32,000 nt of DNA from Mycobacterium leprae TN (GCF_000195855.1 NC_002677.1:2730001-2762000); one strand, 5' to 3'. Shown: positions 11,813-27,600, counted from the first letter of the stretch. The notes: generated from the letters alone by a model not told the origin. Numbers and translations are program-made.

Positions 11813-13339
11813 TCAGGACACATCGACCCAATCCAACGTCCGCTGCACGGCTTTACGCCAACCCGCATACGCCGCGGCACGCTGGTCCTCGCCCCACGTC
11901 GGCGTCCAACGCTTATCCTCTTGCCAATTGGCCCGTAGATCTGACGGACCAGCCCAAAACCCGACCGCTAGACCCGCCGCATAGGCAGAGCCCAGCGCAG
12001 TAGTCTCAGCAACTACCGAGCGTACCACGTCCACGCCCAGCACGTCGGCCTGAATCTGCATGCACAAGTCATTACTGGTGATACCACCATCGACCTTCAA
12101 GACATCAAGGCGCACACCAGAATCTGCTGCCATCGCGTCCACCACGTCCCGACTCTGATAACAGATAGCTTCCAACGTCGCGCGGGCCAGATGCGCGTTG
12201 GTGTTGAACCGTGATAGCCCCACAATTGCGCCTCGTGCATCGGACCGCCAATACGGGGAAAACAACCCGGAAAATGCCGGTACGAAGTACACCCCGCCAT
12301 TGTCAACGACCTGACGGGCCAGCGATTCGCTTTGAGCAGCGCCGCTGATGATGCCCAACTGATCACGTAACCACTGCACCGCTGAGCCAGTCACCGCGAT
12401 CGAACCTTCAAGCGCGTAGACGGGTTTGGCATCCCCGAACTGATAGCAAACGGTGGTCAACAGGCCGTTACCGGATCTCACGATAGCCTCACCGGTGTTA
12501 AGCAGCAAAAAATTGCCGGTGCCGTAAGTGTTTTTCGCTTCCCCCGCGTCTAGACACACCTGACCAACCATCGCCGCATGCTGATCGCCCAAGACTCCTG
12601 TGATCGGCACTTCACCACCGACGGGTCCGTCCGCTAAAGTGACACCGTAGGGCTGCAGCGGTGAAGACGACGCGATCGCCGGCAACATCGCCCGAGGGAT
12701 GGAAAAAAACGACAACAGCTCGTCGTCCCAATCCAGCTTCTCTAAGTCCATCAGCATGGTCCGGCTAGCGTTGGTCACATCGGTGACGTGTACGCCACCC
12801 CGCGGACCACCGGTCAGATTCCACAATAACCAGGTATCGGGGGTGCCGAAGAGTGCTTCACCGTTTTCAGCAGCGGCGCCTACCCCGTCGACGTTCTCTA
12901 AGATCCATTGCAATTTCCCGCCGGAAAAATAGGTCGCCGGCGGCAACCCGGCTTTGCGGCGGATCACCTCTCCGCGGCCATCTCGGTCAAGCGCGACCGC
13001 GATACGGTCAGTGCGGGTGTCTTGCCAAACGATCGCATTGCAATACGGCCTTCCGGTGTTCCGATTCCACACCAGGGTAGTCTCACGTTGGTTAGTAATT
13101 CCAAGCGCTGCAATATCTTTAGCTGACAAATTAGTGGCGTTCAGCACCGACATCAGCACTGACGCGGTGCGTTCCCAAATCTCAACGGGATTATGTTCGA
13201 CCCAGCCGGAGCGGGGCAAGATTTGCTCGTGCTCAAGCTGGTGGCGGGCCACCTCAGCACCATTATGATCGAAAATCACGCAGCGGGTGCTGGTGGTGCC
13301 CTGGTCGATGGCGGCTATGAATTCAGCGAACTCGGCCAA
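11813..13339 (-). CDS. glpK: Glycerol kinase
   Basis: 508 aa, FGGY family: [90 protein letters not shown]. No disruption seen. Confidence 0.96.
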
Positions 13340-13670
13340 CTGCGCTCCTTCGACGTGAACTGTGACACTTCATGGTCCATGATGGTCTATCACCCGGCGT
13401 ATTCCAGCTCAGGTCAGCCTGTCATCCTTACGTGACAGCTGGTAAACCTTTTGCATCCGCAATGTGGAAGAAGAAGTTAAGCGGCCCACATAAATAAGTA
13501 TAATCGCACACATCAGCGTGAATACCAGCGCAAGATGCGGTAGTATTCAAACATCTTCGAAACGAAACTTGCGGAGTGCCCAGTTCGATGCCAACTGGGC
13601 ACTTACCCGCATGGAGGTCGAATGTAACCTTTTCGCCGCTGACTGCTAGCCCTCCAGATCGAGCCGGTAC

Positions 13671-14190
13671 GTGCTGGACGCCAGTGACGATCCCGTCTAC
13701 CAAAGCGAATTATCATTTTACAACATCGAATTCAATGCTACACTCCGACCACTGCCTGGACATACGAGTCTGGGTCTGGAGGGCGAAGTGCGCACCAGCC
13801 TGAACGATGCTGAGGCCAAGTCAAACTCCAGTGTGACCCATATCGTCATGATCGGCATCTTGCCGACGCTATCTGATCGACAGCTGGATGAGCTATTCAG
13901 TGCAGTATACGGCCTTCAAGAGTCGGATCTTCCTCGCTTACTGTTAGAGAACCGGTGTTGCCAGCCAGAACTAAACGTTGTTTACATGTCTGCGAATTCA
14001 GCATTTCACTACGGCGCGCTACACAACATGTCCGAATAGGAGCGTCCACTGTGGACCAAGATGGGTTTCTTTACAGCACAGGAAAATTTCTGCGAGTCTA
14101 CCCTAGACAGGGTAGATGCCCAGCTGCAATGGTCAAGATGCTGCTACAGTACTGCAAGTACATACATGCCAACGGCCGGTACACATCTGG
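13671..14190 (+). pseudogene. Remnant of a carboxylate-amine ligase (GCS2)-like protein, possibly Rv3698-type
   Basis: PVYQSELSFYNIEFNATLRPLPGH ... AKSNSSVTHIVMIGILPTLS ... MSANSAFHYGALHNMSE* resembles the central part of this family. It is followed by out-of-frame sequence. Confidence 0.45.
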
Positions 14191-14351
14191 ACCAGGTAAC
14201 CGCGCATAAGTTGGAAACTATGTAATCTTGAAGTAATGCACTGAGACAGCGACTACCGGGGGTAGAGCCAATTCGAGGATCTGCAGCCATAGAATATGGT
14301 TGACCCGCAGCAAGAGTTGGCTGTGTTGATAGGCAGCAAGCAAATTCCGCA

Positions 14352-14660
<309 letters not shown>

Positions 14661-15129
14661 GTGTTCGCCGAGGGTCCGCTTTCCCGCCGAGCTGGAAAGC
14701 GGACCCAATGAAGTCGACGAGACCGACCACGGCATTGCCACCGGCTGCCACTGCAACATCGCCGCTTGAGCACTCAGCGCCTGATAGTTGCTTGTACGTT
14801 ACCCGAAAACAACGCCGCCGGGGCCACCGACACCAGGCCGCTAACACCCCCGTAGTCGAGGCCGCGACGGCCATATTAGCAACGCTGATAGCCGAGCCAA
14901 TACTTGCCAAATCCTTCGCGGCGATTGCCACATATCTCTCGCCCAACTGTAATCTACAGTATCCGTATCTCCCTCGCTCAATCGTCATCAACAATTGTCC
15001 AAAGCGCTATCGTATAGAGCCCGGACGGGAGACCACTCTAACTTTAACTTTTTTTGCTGCGGTATTCAGCGGCATCAGATAGCCGGTGGTTGCGCCCTCT
15101 AAAACCTCGACGAAGGGAAACTACCGATC

Positions 15130-15525
15130 GTCGGCAGTGGTATTGGGCCGTACGGCGAGATCTGCAACACCGGAGCAGCCAGCCGCAGAGGAGGTCGCTC
15201 CACTGAAGCGGAGGCGATCAAAATCCGCCGTTCAGCTAGCACAGTCATGCCCGCACCGCCTGCGGATCGGCATCCTCATCCGGAGCAAGTATAGGGATCG
15301 CACTTGGCTTGTCGACCCTCCTCGACCACCCGTCACCCAGCACACATCGGCCAGCACCGTCCGGCTGATGCTGCCTAGCACGGCCAAGTGTGCCCGCACG
15401 GTCACCGGTCCGCATGCCAAATGTTGACCCAGGGCTACCAAAACCCAATCGCGCAGTGATATTGGCCTCGCCAAGCTCGAGTTGCTGGGCCATCGACAGA
15501 TTCGTCTACGCCTACTTCGAGTCAC
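15130..15525 (-). pseudogene. egtE: C-terminal remnant of egtE (PLP-dependent lyase)
   Basis: [18 protein letters not shown] | [30 protein letters not shown] | [23 protein letters not shown] | [31 protein letters not shown], spread over several frames. Confidence 0.7.
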
Positions 15526-15527
15526 CG

Positions 15528-15700
15528 CCTCCCAGCAACCACAGCTTTTCCTGCTGACCAATGTGCACCAGATCCCACGCCAGTGGGCTCATCAACAGAT
15601 CGTAATGCCAGCCAAGTTCGGCGTCGTCGAAATTTACTAGCCACAACGTCGAGACATCTAAGGTACGGGTGTCAGATAGTCGGCTAGCTGCCCTCCTCAG
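15528..15700 (-). pseudogene. egtB: N-terminal remnant of egtB (DinB/FGE-like sulfoxide synthase)
   Basis: Minus-strand reading [48 protein letters not shown] matches the DinB-like HxxQ(Q)E start of EgtB. The rest of the gene is absent. Confidence 0.68.
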
Positions 15701-17000
15701 GACGTCACAAACCCCTTGGGCCGACCGCGCCGGACTCGGGAAGCTAACGTAGCCGCGATGTCGTACTTGATTGCCCGGTCGGAAAAGTCGTAGCCGGGAC
15801 AGCGCCCCTGCTCAACCTTGCGGACCAGTCGTTCCATAGTGCCGTTGAAACTGTATCGGAGCGTTTGCAACGGCGACGGACACACACACTGGTTGGTCGC
15901 CACGTACAACCGCCGGTCACGCAGACCGACCCAAGCCGCGGTGTCCCAGGCGGTGATCACCGTTTCAACGGCCTCAGCCACGATTTCGGCGGCGGGTCGG
16001 GTCAAGTCGTCGAGGCAGAGCCAACAGAATAAACGCCAGGGCGGCCCAGAAGGTATCCGATGAGCTATCAAGATAGCGAATTTTCAGTCACTGTCGTGGG
16101 CAGACCTATGTGAACAAGGTCGTCAAGCGCATAACCTAGGTCGACGACGATCGGACGGCGGTAGCCGCGGACAGGACCAAAGCCTTCCGCCCAGCTGGCA
16201 AAGAGCGTAAATACGCGATCGCAGTCAGGTCCGCAACGTCCAGATTGTGCACCAGCATCGCCGACGGCTTGAGCTCATAGCGAGCCCAGTCGGTGCAGGG
16301 GATAATCGCCACTGGCTCCAGGATGAGGCCGCAGCGTGCGGAGTCCACCTGGCCCCCACACCCGCTGCCGGGTGTAGACCCGGCCAGAGAATTCCCCACA
16401 CAAGCTATCGGGAAGTTGGCGACGATAACGATATCCCAGTTAACGCCAGGTCGTATACTAGCCACATCCGCACCGCCCATCCGGCTTGTGGCCCAGCGTC
16501 CACGTTAACCCGAACTAAGGCGGCCGACGTGATCTCATCACCAGCATCCGTCACCCGCGAGTCGTTGGCCGCGAAGAACTGTTCCGTCGCCTATTAACGC
16601 ACACCGGGGTTAACGGACTCAGCTGGCTGCAACGAGTTCGCGCCCAGGAAAACCAGCTCCAGATCGGCGCCGGCAAAGGCCGACCACAGCGCGGCCTGGT
16701 CGTACTTCGTCCCATCGATCGCAAATACCCCGGCGTCGGCCAACTGACCGTACAGTTCGATACCACTACCGGGTTCGACCTTCACCACGCTACCGCCCGG
16801 CAGCGGGCTAAGCCACTGCAAAACCGTAATATTTCCATACCAGCCCGGCCTGCGCTGCGGATCGGCCGGGTCGTAACGTGCGGCTTCCATTCCGAAAACC
16901 CATCCGGCCCCAGCAGCGCATTGACCAGAAAAGCCGTCAGCAATTTACTGGGCGGCAGCCAAACACTAGCTATCGGGGTATTATAATACTCTCCGGGACT
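15697..17000 (-). pseudogene. egtA: egtA (gshA-like glutamate-cysteine ligase) remnant
   Basis: MEAARYDPADPQRRPGWYGNITVLQWLSPLPGGSVVKVEPGSGIELYGQLADAG ... NPGVR** ATEQFFAAND ... VNVDAGPQAGW ... DSARCGLILEP ... DWARYELKPSAML ... TAWDTAAWVGLRDRRLYVATNQC. Multiple stops and frame changes. Confidence 0.82.
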
Positions 17001-17151
17001 GAGCAAATCTCGCGGACCGCTTGTTACACAGTTATCGGAACGAAAGCCGCCACCCTATTTTTTCGTCATGCATAGTGCCCCAACATATTCGGTATTTCGG
17101 TACTTTATGGTCACCCGCCCCGCCGTACGTGGGTACCCACATTCTCCCACG

Positions 17152-17922
17152 CTATTGACCCAGTGCGTTCTGCATCGCCCCGGCCAGCACGTTGACCGCA
17201 GGACCGGCGTTGCCAGGTTGGCAAACTTTCGTCTGCAGCAACACGTTTTCACGCAGCCGGGTTTGTACGAAACACCGACGATCGGTTCCCGCCTCCTGCT
17301 TAGTCCAATTCGCATCGGCATAGGTCGGCGTGCCACCCACAAACGACCAGACCTGGGTTGTTCCGTTATCCAGGTGCATCGCAGTGGTCTGTCCCGAGCA
17401 ACCTACGGTCCGGTCCACGACCCGATGAAAGGCCCGTACCGCAGCGTCATTGGTAGCAAATACCCCGACCGCCTGCTTGACAAAATGCGTCTGGTCATTA
17501 GCGGACGTCTGGGTAATAGCTCCGTTGAACGACGCTAAGTCAACATCATGGTACACCTCAGGCAACCCGATGTCCGCCCAGTTGTTACACATCGGTAGAT
17601 CTACCGAGTACGCCTGCAGCGGCTCGGTTAATAGCGACTCCCACCCCATGGGTCGACCGATGATATTGCCCACCGAGCCCTTGCCGAGGACCGCGTATGA
17701 CACCACTCCCGGTTCAGAGGGGCGCGCACTCGCGACAGGTACCCCCAGGCCCAAACCGACACTCATCACCACAGCTGATATCCTTATCACCCAGCTCACC
17801 AGCCCAGCTGCACCATGGCCGAGACATCGAGAATGATAAAAGCCATCCACTGACTTCCGGCGGTCATCGCGGCGGCCGACAGTCGCTGTGGATTCCGTGA
17901 TGTAACGGACTTCGATTGTCAT
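17152..17922 (-). CDS. Secreted sensor-domain protein (PknH extracellular-domain-like, Rv3705c-type)
   Basis: Signal-like segment VIRISAVVMSVGLGLGVPVASA followed by LPMCNNWADIGLPEV, GCSGQTTAMHLDNGTTQVWSFVGGTPT, DRRCFVQTRLRENVLLQTKVCQPG with conserved Cys. The start is probably internal to the 256-aa ORF. Confidence 0.7.
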   Translation of the reverse strand: MTIEVRYITESTATVGRRDDRRKSVDGFYHSRCLGHGAAGLVSWVIRISAVVMSVGLGLGVPVASARPSEPGVVSYAVLGKGSVGNIIGRPMGWESLLTEPLQAYSVDLPMCNNWADIGLPEVYHDVDLASFNGAITQTSANDQTHFVKQAVGVFATNDAAVRAFHRVVDRTVGCSGQTTAMHLDNGTTQVWSFVGGTPTYADANWTKQEAGTDRRCFVQTRLRENVLLQTKVCQPGNAGPAVNVLAGAMQNALGQ

Positions 17923-18144
17923 GGATCTCGATCATGCCAGCCCGACGCTGCACAGCGAATATCATCAAGAACTACCGTCCTCAGCGGCGCACGACGGATC
18001 GTCCCGGGTACCGCCGTGAGAGTTGAGCACCTAGACCCAAGCCGGACGGATTCACGGAAATCGCGAAGCGGCATGGTAATCTATCATTTCGTAACGCGAC
18101 CACCAGCTTCGATAATCGGAACGCGAGTGGCCGTCACACACTCT

Positions 18145-18184
18145 CAAAACTATACCCTTCCACGCAAAACTATACCCTTCCACG
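18145..18184. repeat. 20-bp perfect tandem duplication (caaaactatacccttccacg x2)
   Basis: Identical copies at 18145-18164 and 18165-18184. Confidence 0.97.
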
Positions 18185-19254
18185 CGGGCTGTGCCAGGCC
18201 GGGCAGGTGCGCCAGACTCAATAATTTCTGTTCGACGTCCCGTACGAGTAAACGCTAAGGCCGTGCTGAAAGGCGTGCTCGTTAGCGATTGACCAGGACC
18301 ACCCTGTGCCCAAAGTACCCCGGCATGACACACGGATCGGGAGGTCCCCCAGGGTTTGAACATGCCGTGTTCATAGCGGTAATGGCAGGGATGGTGGAGA
18401 CCCCACGATCACGGCAGCCAAGAAGAACACGTCACGGCGACGATAGCGACCCGGGCCGGGGTTATAGAAGACCTGGGGGTTTTGTAATAATGGCACCTCT
18501 GCTCCAGGGGGCGCCGGTGCTGTTGCAGTCGAAGTCCGCACGGTTGAGGTTTCAGATGTTCCACTCATGAGACGCATAATGCCGGAGTAAACAATAGTTT
18601 CAGCTTGGCGTTACTTGTGTAGAAGCTGTGAGCCCCCGCAACCTCATTACCTGGAACAACCGCCAAAGCCACAGCGCTGCCGGGACGGCGGATACCGAAA
18701 TTCAGCTGTCCGATCTGCCATAGTAGGCGATGCGCCGGCACAAGCATGAAATAACGTTGTTTGTCTTGTCGGTGGTCTGGCCTATAGCAGCGAACCACAA
18801 GCCGAAGTCTCGTCGTCTCTCCGTACGTAAGGCTGCCGCCAAGGCGGCCGTGGCTGCCAACGAAAAGACTGACCGGTCTGTCGGTCGATACCCAAGTGAC
18901 GCAATTCGCCGAAGCGCAGCTAGACTCCTGAGATCAGGTAATGGAGTGCGGAGGCGTCAGGATGTGTTCCAGACACGTATGGTGGTTTTGACTTTGTGTC
19001 CTCTGGCCTCCTTGGCGGGCATCTGGTAGCGTCGGGCGAAGGTGTAATTCGCTTCATGGAGTGCAGCGAATCCGCGAGGTGGGGGTATTTTACCCGCGGA
19101 GGTGATTCTTTGTCGGCAGCAGCTGGCCCGCAATCCAGGTTGTCATGGCCCGCAAACACGCCATAGCGAGTCATCGAAAGCTGCGGGCCAGGATAAGGGT
19201 GCACAACCACGTCCGGGGCCCTGGCTGGGTTTCGGTGGACAAACTGATGTTTCC

Positions 19255-20459
19255 ATGGCCGACCTGATCATGGTCGGCGCAGACCTATCCGGGCTGTGTG
19301 CGGCCCGTGCGCTAATCCAACAAGGTAAGTTTCTGGAGGCGCGTCATCGGGTAGGTGGTCGAATGGTTCGCAAGCCTGTCATCAGCGGCGGTTAAATTGA
19401 CATCGGCGATCAATCTAGCGGGCCCACCCAAAGCGGTATTCTCTCGCTCGCCGAGTCACTGGGTGTCATGCATTTCGATTACCACGATGTGGGACACACA
19501 CTATCGTCTGGTGCAATGGCCCCTTGTCGACCGTCGATGGCAGCTTGCCACCGACCAAAACATCACCAGCAAGCTCGTCAGCCGACGTTGCTGACCGTCA
19601 GCAGCTAGCTCGCCGTTACCACCACGCCCCGGTTTCTCCGGTTTCTGTGTTACCAACTGAACACTCGATCAAGAAAGCGTCGCGCTGGCCATTGTATCAG
19701 TGCTGTTTATTCTCGCACCCTACGCAGCGAGCCCCAGCAAGAGAAGAAACCAGAATAGTGGCTCTTTAGAGGAGCGGCAGGTCAGCAAACTGATTCACCA
19801 CCGGAGCGCATACTTCTTGAACAACCCACCCTCCTAATCGTGCAGGACACCCGCGGAGCGACCGTCACTACTAGCTATGGTGATTTACTGAAAGAACTTT
19901 GTGATAGTCGCAATTCCTCATATTTTAGTCGGAGCGATTGATTACAGTCCGCCACTACCCACTCGTCGTATCCAATAGCTCCAATGGGATCGGTTATCAA
20001 ATATGCCTCCATTTACCCGAGGTGCACGAAAGGGCTCAGCAGAGCAACTGTGAGTGATCAAATCGTCGTACAAACAGCATACAGCTCTTAGCCTAGAGGT
20101 ATCCCAGGAATTTTGATTAACTTCGTCGTTGGGCATGCCACCAGCCGGTTAATAAATGAATCCGACGACACCCATAAAATAAACAGTACCCTCGGACCTA
20201 GCCAGGTATTTCGGCAAAAAAGCGATGCGCCCGATCCAATTCATCGAAACAAATTAGACCAGTGAGAAATGGACTGAAGAAGCTTTCAACGCTGTATTCT
20301 ACCCCAATATATTTACCACTTACGGCCCAGCCATAGCCGAATCTGTGGGCCATATTCACTGAGCTGATACGAAAGTCCCCTAAATGGACGGCCTATTTTG
20401 ACGAGGCCATACAGACTGGACACACCGCAGCTCATGCGGTGGCGGGACGCGCAGTCTAG
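19255..20459 (+). pseudogene. Flavin-containing amine oxidase (monoamine oxidase-like) pseudogene
   Basis: MADLIMVGADLSGLCAARALIQQGK(F)LEARHRVGGRM ... IDIGDQSSGPTQSGILSLAESLGV ... PGILINFVVGHATSRLI ... EEAFNAVFYPNIFTTYGPAIAESVGHIH*A ... TAYFDEAIQTGHTAAHAVAGRAV*. N- and C-terminal signatures are both present, in different frames. Confidence 0.8.
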
Positions 20460-20467
20460 GCTCCTGA

Positions 20468-21616
20468 TCAGGGTTTTAACGGGTTGACCGCGAATTGGAT
20501 CACCCGGTACAGCTCACTCACCCGTGCACGGGTGTCCCACTGGCTAACGAAGATCCGCAGTTCATCGAGGGTGGAACCGGGTGAGATGTACCCGCCATAC
20601 GGTTGGGCGAGCCGATTGTCGTACGGAGGCGGCAGGCTTTCCGCCGGATCGGGCCACTCATCGTGTTGCACCACTGTAGTCACCGGGGAGGTGCCCAGCA
20701 ACGTCGGGTCGGCGGCAACTCGGACCTCCATATTGCCAGTAGTGGCGTTGAAATAGGACAGCACGGCCTGGCCGCCTATCTGCTTAATGCACATCTCGCC
20801 AACCTTGTCAGGCCAGAGAGGTGTCGGAGGCTTGTTCCAACCACCATCAGGTCCAGCCGCCCAACCCTGCCACCGAGACCGGTCGGTGAACGTTTGCGGT
20901 GTGACCCGGAAGAGCTGCACGGAATCTCTGCGGGTGAAACTGTTGGCCACGATGTACACCCACCCGCTCGACGAGTCGGGGGTAGGGATCGGATCGTAGT
21001 ACCCGCTGATCTGGGTCTGCCGGCTGTCCTGGGAGGTCGCGGCGCGTCGCGATCCTGGGACAGTCTGCCAACCGACACGCGCGGGCTCAGCCGTGACCAG
21101 CCGTGAGTCCTGTGGCTCCAGGTTTTTGGTCGTAGTCACCATCAGGTAGTTGTGCCGGTTGATCTGCACCACGCCAGCAGGCAGCTGTGAATCTCCCGGA
21201 GGTGCGGGGTCGGCCAGCAACGGCTTATCGACACCGGTGACGCCGATGTAACGCACCCCGGTCGGGTCGTCGACTGACGCAGTGTCCACGTGCAGGGCGA
21301 CCGGTGAGTACCAACCACCGAAACCTACCCCCTGGCCAGCAAAGCTGTCACCACAAATCTGCAAAAGCTCGGCGGGGAACTCGATGAACTCGCACAAGTC
21401 GGTGGCGCCGATGCCGTAGTCACCGGTGCGGGTTCCTGTGCCCGCCATCGGACCGATCCGCAACACTTGACCCGGCACCAGCGGCTGCAGAATCGGCTCT
21501 GGTACTGGCGCGGGTGGATCGGCATGCGCTATCCAAGAAGCAACCGAAAAAGCCTGTGCGACAAACAAACACAAAGCGGCATACCACGAGCACTCCACGA
21601 GCCGGGCAAAACTCAC
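20468..21616 (-). CDS. Exported DUF4185-type conserved protein (Rv3707c-like)
   Basis: 382 aa, N-terminal hydrophobic signal (CLFVAQAFSVASWIAHA), DLCEFIEFPAELLQICGDSFAGQGVGFGGWYSPVALHV, GWVYIVANSF, GGYISPGSTLDELRIFVSQWDT. Confidence 0.82.
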   Translation of the reverse strand: MSFARLVECSWYAALCLFVAQAFSVASWIAHADPPAPVPEPILQPLVPGQVLRIGPMAGTGTRTGDYGIGATDLCEFIEFPAELLQICGDSFAGQGVGFGGWYSPVALHVDTASVDDPTGVRYIGVTGVDKPLLADPAPPGDSQLPAGVVQINRHNYLMVTTTKNLEPQDSRLVTAEPARVGWQTVPGSRRAATSQDSRQTQISGYYDPIPTPDSSSGWVYIVANSFTRRDSVQLFRVTPQTFTDRSRWQGWAAGPDGGWNKPPTPLWPDKVGEMCIKQIGGQAVLSYFNATTGNMEVRVAADPTLLGTSPVTTVVQHDEWPDPAESLPPPYDNRLAQPYGGYISPGSTLDELRIFVSQWDTRARVSELYRVIQFAVNPLKP

Positions 21617-21623
21617 CCGTGGA

Positions 21624-23944
<2,321 letters not shown>

Positions 23945-23951
23945 TGTTGCA

Positions 23952-23991
23952 CTGCCTTTCTGGTTATATACCTGCCTTTCTGGTTATATAC
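23952..23991. repeat. 20-bp perfect tandem duplication (ctgcctttctggttatatac x2) in the ask 5' region
   Basis: Copies at 23952-23971 and 23972-23991, with a 3-nt start of a third. It begins 8 nt upstream of the ask GTG. Confidence 0.97.
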
Positions 23992-24485
23992 CTGGCTAGT
24001 TAGGTCCAAAACAGAATACGTGGGGCTGGCACTGCGACGATGCACACCAATGCGTCGAGCACCGGTCGCTTACCGGCACCTAGCAGCGGATGAAAGCCAG
24101 CATAGTTATGTAGCAAGCTGGCGATGTCAACAAGATTGGCCGGCTGAGCCTGAAACCCCTTTTAGAACCTATTAAATTTAATCGACGTACTATCAGGTTA
24201 CTTGAGCGGAAAATCTACAGACACCCCGGCGACCACGATACGTCGCCGATTCTCTGGTGGCGGGAAATCGCCAGATCCTGCTTGGCGGGGACGCAGCACA
24301 TGTCGTTTGTGGTCACGGCCCGGAGTTAGTGCTGGCAGCGGCACAGGATTTACAGGGTATCGGCTCGTCGGTGTGCGCGGCACAGGGGTAACGCCGACAC
24401 CAACGAGCGACTGTAAGGCAAGCTGATCCGACCCCAGTGCCTACGGCTCAGACCTGGTGCACAGACCGAAGCTCAGCCTGTAATT

Positions 24486-24513
24486 TTGGCAGCGACGCCG
24501 ATCGCAGTATAGT
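24486..24513 (+). promoter_or_regulatory. Candidate leuA promoter (TTGGCA-N16-TATAGT)
   Basis: -35-like TTGGCA 24486-24491 and -10-like TATAGT 24508-24513. The predicted start falls at about 24520. Confidence 0.6.
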
Positions 24514-24520
24514 TCAGATC

Positions 24521-24562
24521 GTGCAGCAGGTACTCCTCCTCGAACGCCGCGACGGGGTCTGA
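24521..24562 (+). CDS. Short leader peptide of leuA (M/V-QQVLLLERRDGV*)
   Basis: gtg cag cag gta ctc ctc ctc gaa cgc cgc gac ggg gtc tga: three consecutive Leu codons, with the stop embedded in the first stem. Confidence 0.72.
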   Translation: MQQVLLLERRDGV

Positions 24563-24608
24563 TCCCAGACCGGCTGCCCGTTGTGGAAGTTCACTATGCG
24601 CCGGTCTG
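24556..24608 (+). promoter_or_regulatory. leuA leader RNA with competing stems (attenuator-like)
   Basis: GGTCT(24556-24560)/AGACC(24567-24571) versus CAGACCGGC(24566-24574)/GCCGGTCTG(24600-24608). Both use the same central strand. Confidence 0.68.
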
Positions 24609-24609
24609 A

Positions 24610-26463
<1,854 letters not shown>

Positions 26464-26734
26464 GACTTTAGTCAGAGACACCGTCCTCGGCGGCACCTCC
26501 CCGCCCAAGGCTCCATTTGTCATCGGCGTGCCTGGCCCATCCGGGCCAGTCGGTCTGCTCGGCGAAAAAAAGTATATCGGACACGAGCGGCCTCAGCAGC
26601 AGGCTGACTCCGGGTTATCTAACTCATCAAAAAACAGCGTGAATTACTCGTCGGTAGCCTCGGCGCTAGTGAATTCATTCAGGAAAATACTACAGATGAC
26701 AGCGCGAACGTAGTCCATGAATTACTACCCAGAA

Positions 26735-27600
26735 ACCACCGGCACACCCAATTGCCTGGCGAGATAACCTTTGCCCTGCGCGGGAGCGGCTTCGTTGCAA
26801 ATCACCAGCGACGTTTCACGGTCAACGGCCTCACAGTAGGCCAGCCCGGCGTGCAGGATTCACCCGACGAGTTCCTCGTGGGTACGTGCCAACTCGGCCG
26901 CCAGGTCCACCCGCATGCCCTGGGCCAGCGATCTACCTCGCCAACGGTATCTCCCCAGGTTGAGATACGGACACGACATACGGGCAACCAGCGCCTTTAA
27001 CGGTCGCAGCCCGTCGTGAGCCAGCCGGCCGTTGGGCCAGCGGCGCCGAGTCACCGGAAGTCACACGTCGAGTTGGCGCACCCGCTTGAGCGCCACAGCC
27101 AGCACCCCGGTCAAAAAACCATTGCCTCGTCGAAGGCATGATGCGACCGTTTCTGGAGGATGCCCCAGTGCACCACGAATGTTTCCAAGAGCAGATTATC
27201 CGATCCTCAGGCCTAGCCGCCGGACCAGCTAGATCGTGCACATGGCACTGTCGACGAGGAGTTCGGCTCCAGGATCTCGGCCTCCGCGGCGAAAAATGCG
27301 TAGGCAAACGCAGCATTGTGCGCCACCAGCGTGCGGCCGAGCAACATCTCGGACACGTCACCGACAATGCCGGTAAATTGAAGCTGACCTTCGAGAGCAT
27401 GACGGCCGTCAGGCCATGTACGTGGGTGGGACCCGATATTGAGCAGGCTGACCAGGGACCACTCCACGCGTCTGTCGACATCGAGGCCGAGTATAGCAAG
27501 GCTGATTATCCGGGTCAGACCCGGACGAAAACCCGACGGCTCGACCTGTCCTACGAGGACTGCCCAACCCGCGTTCGGCTCGCTGGCTGACCCCAAAGCG
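26735..27600 (-). pseudogene. dnaQ: DnaQ-like 3'-5' exonuclease plus BRCT-like domain remnant (Rv3711c-type)
   Basis: VEPSGFRPGLTRIISLAILGLDVDRRVEWSLVSLLN in one frame, GPTHVHGLTAVML in another, RTLVAHNAAFAYAFFAAEAEI, and at 26735-26858 ILHAGLAYCEAVDRETSLVICNEAAPAQGKGYLARQLGVPVVSG. Confidence 0.8.

Noticed and set aside
13400-14250. Possible new small protein (122 aa, 13671-14039)
   Set aside because: It looks like an internal fragment of a longer ligase-like family, without a plausible start context or complete domain. Listed as a pseudogene instead.
16976-16994. Palindromic tattataata near the egtA remnant 5' end
   Set aside because: Short AT-rich symmetry expected by chance; no intact gene adjacent to regulate.
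18289-18800. Proline-rich short ORFs on both strands, possibly an Rv3706c-like gene
   Set aside because: No intact frame of convincing length or motif. Positional resemblance alone is too weak to list as a feature.
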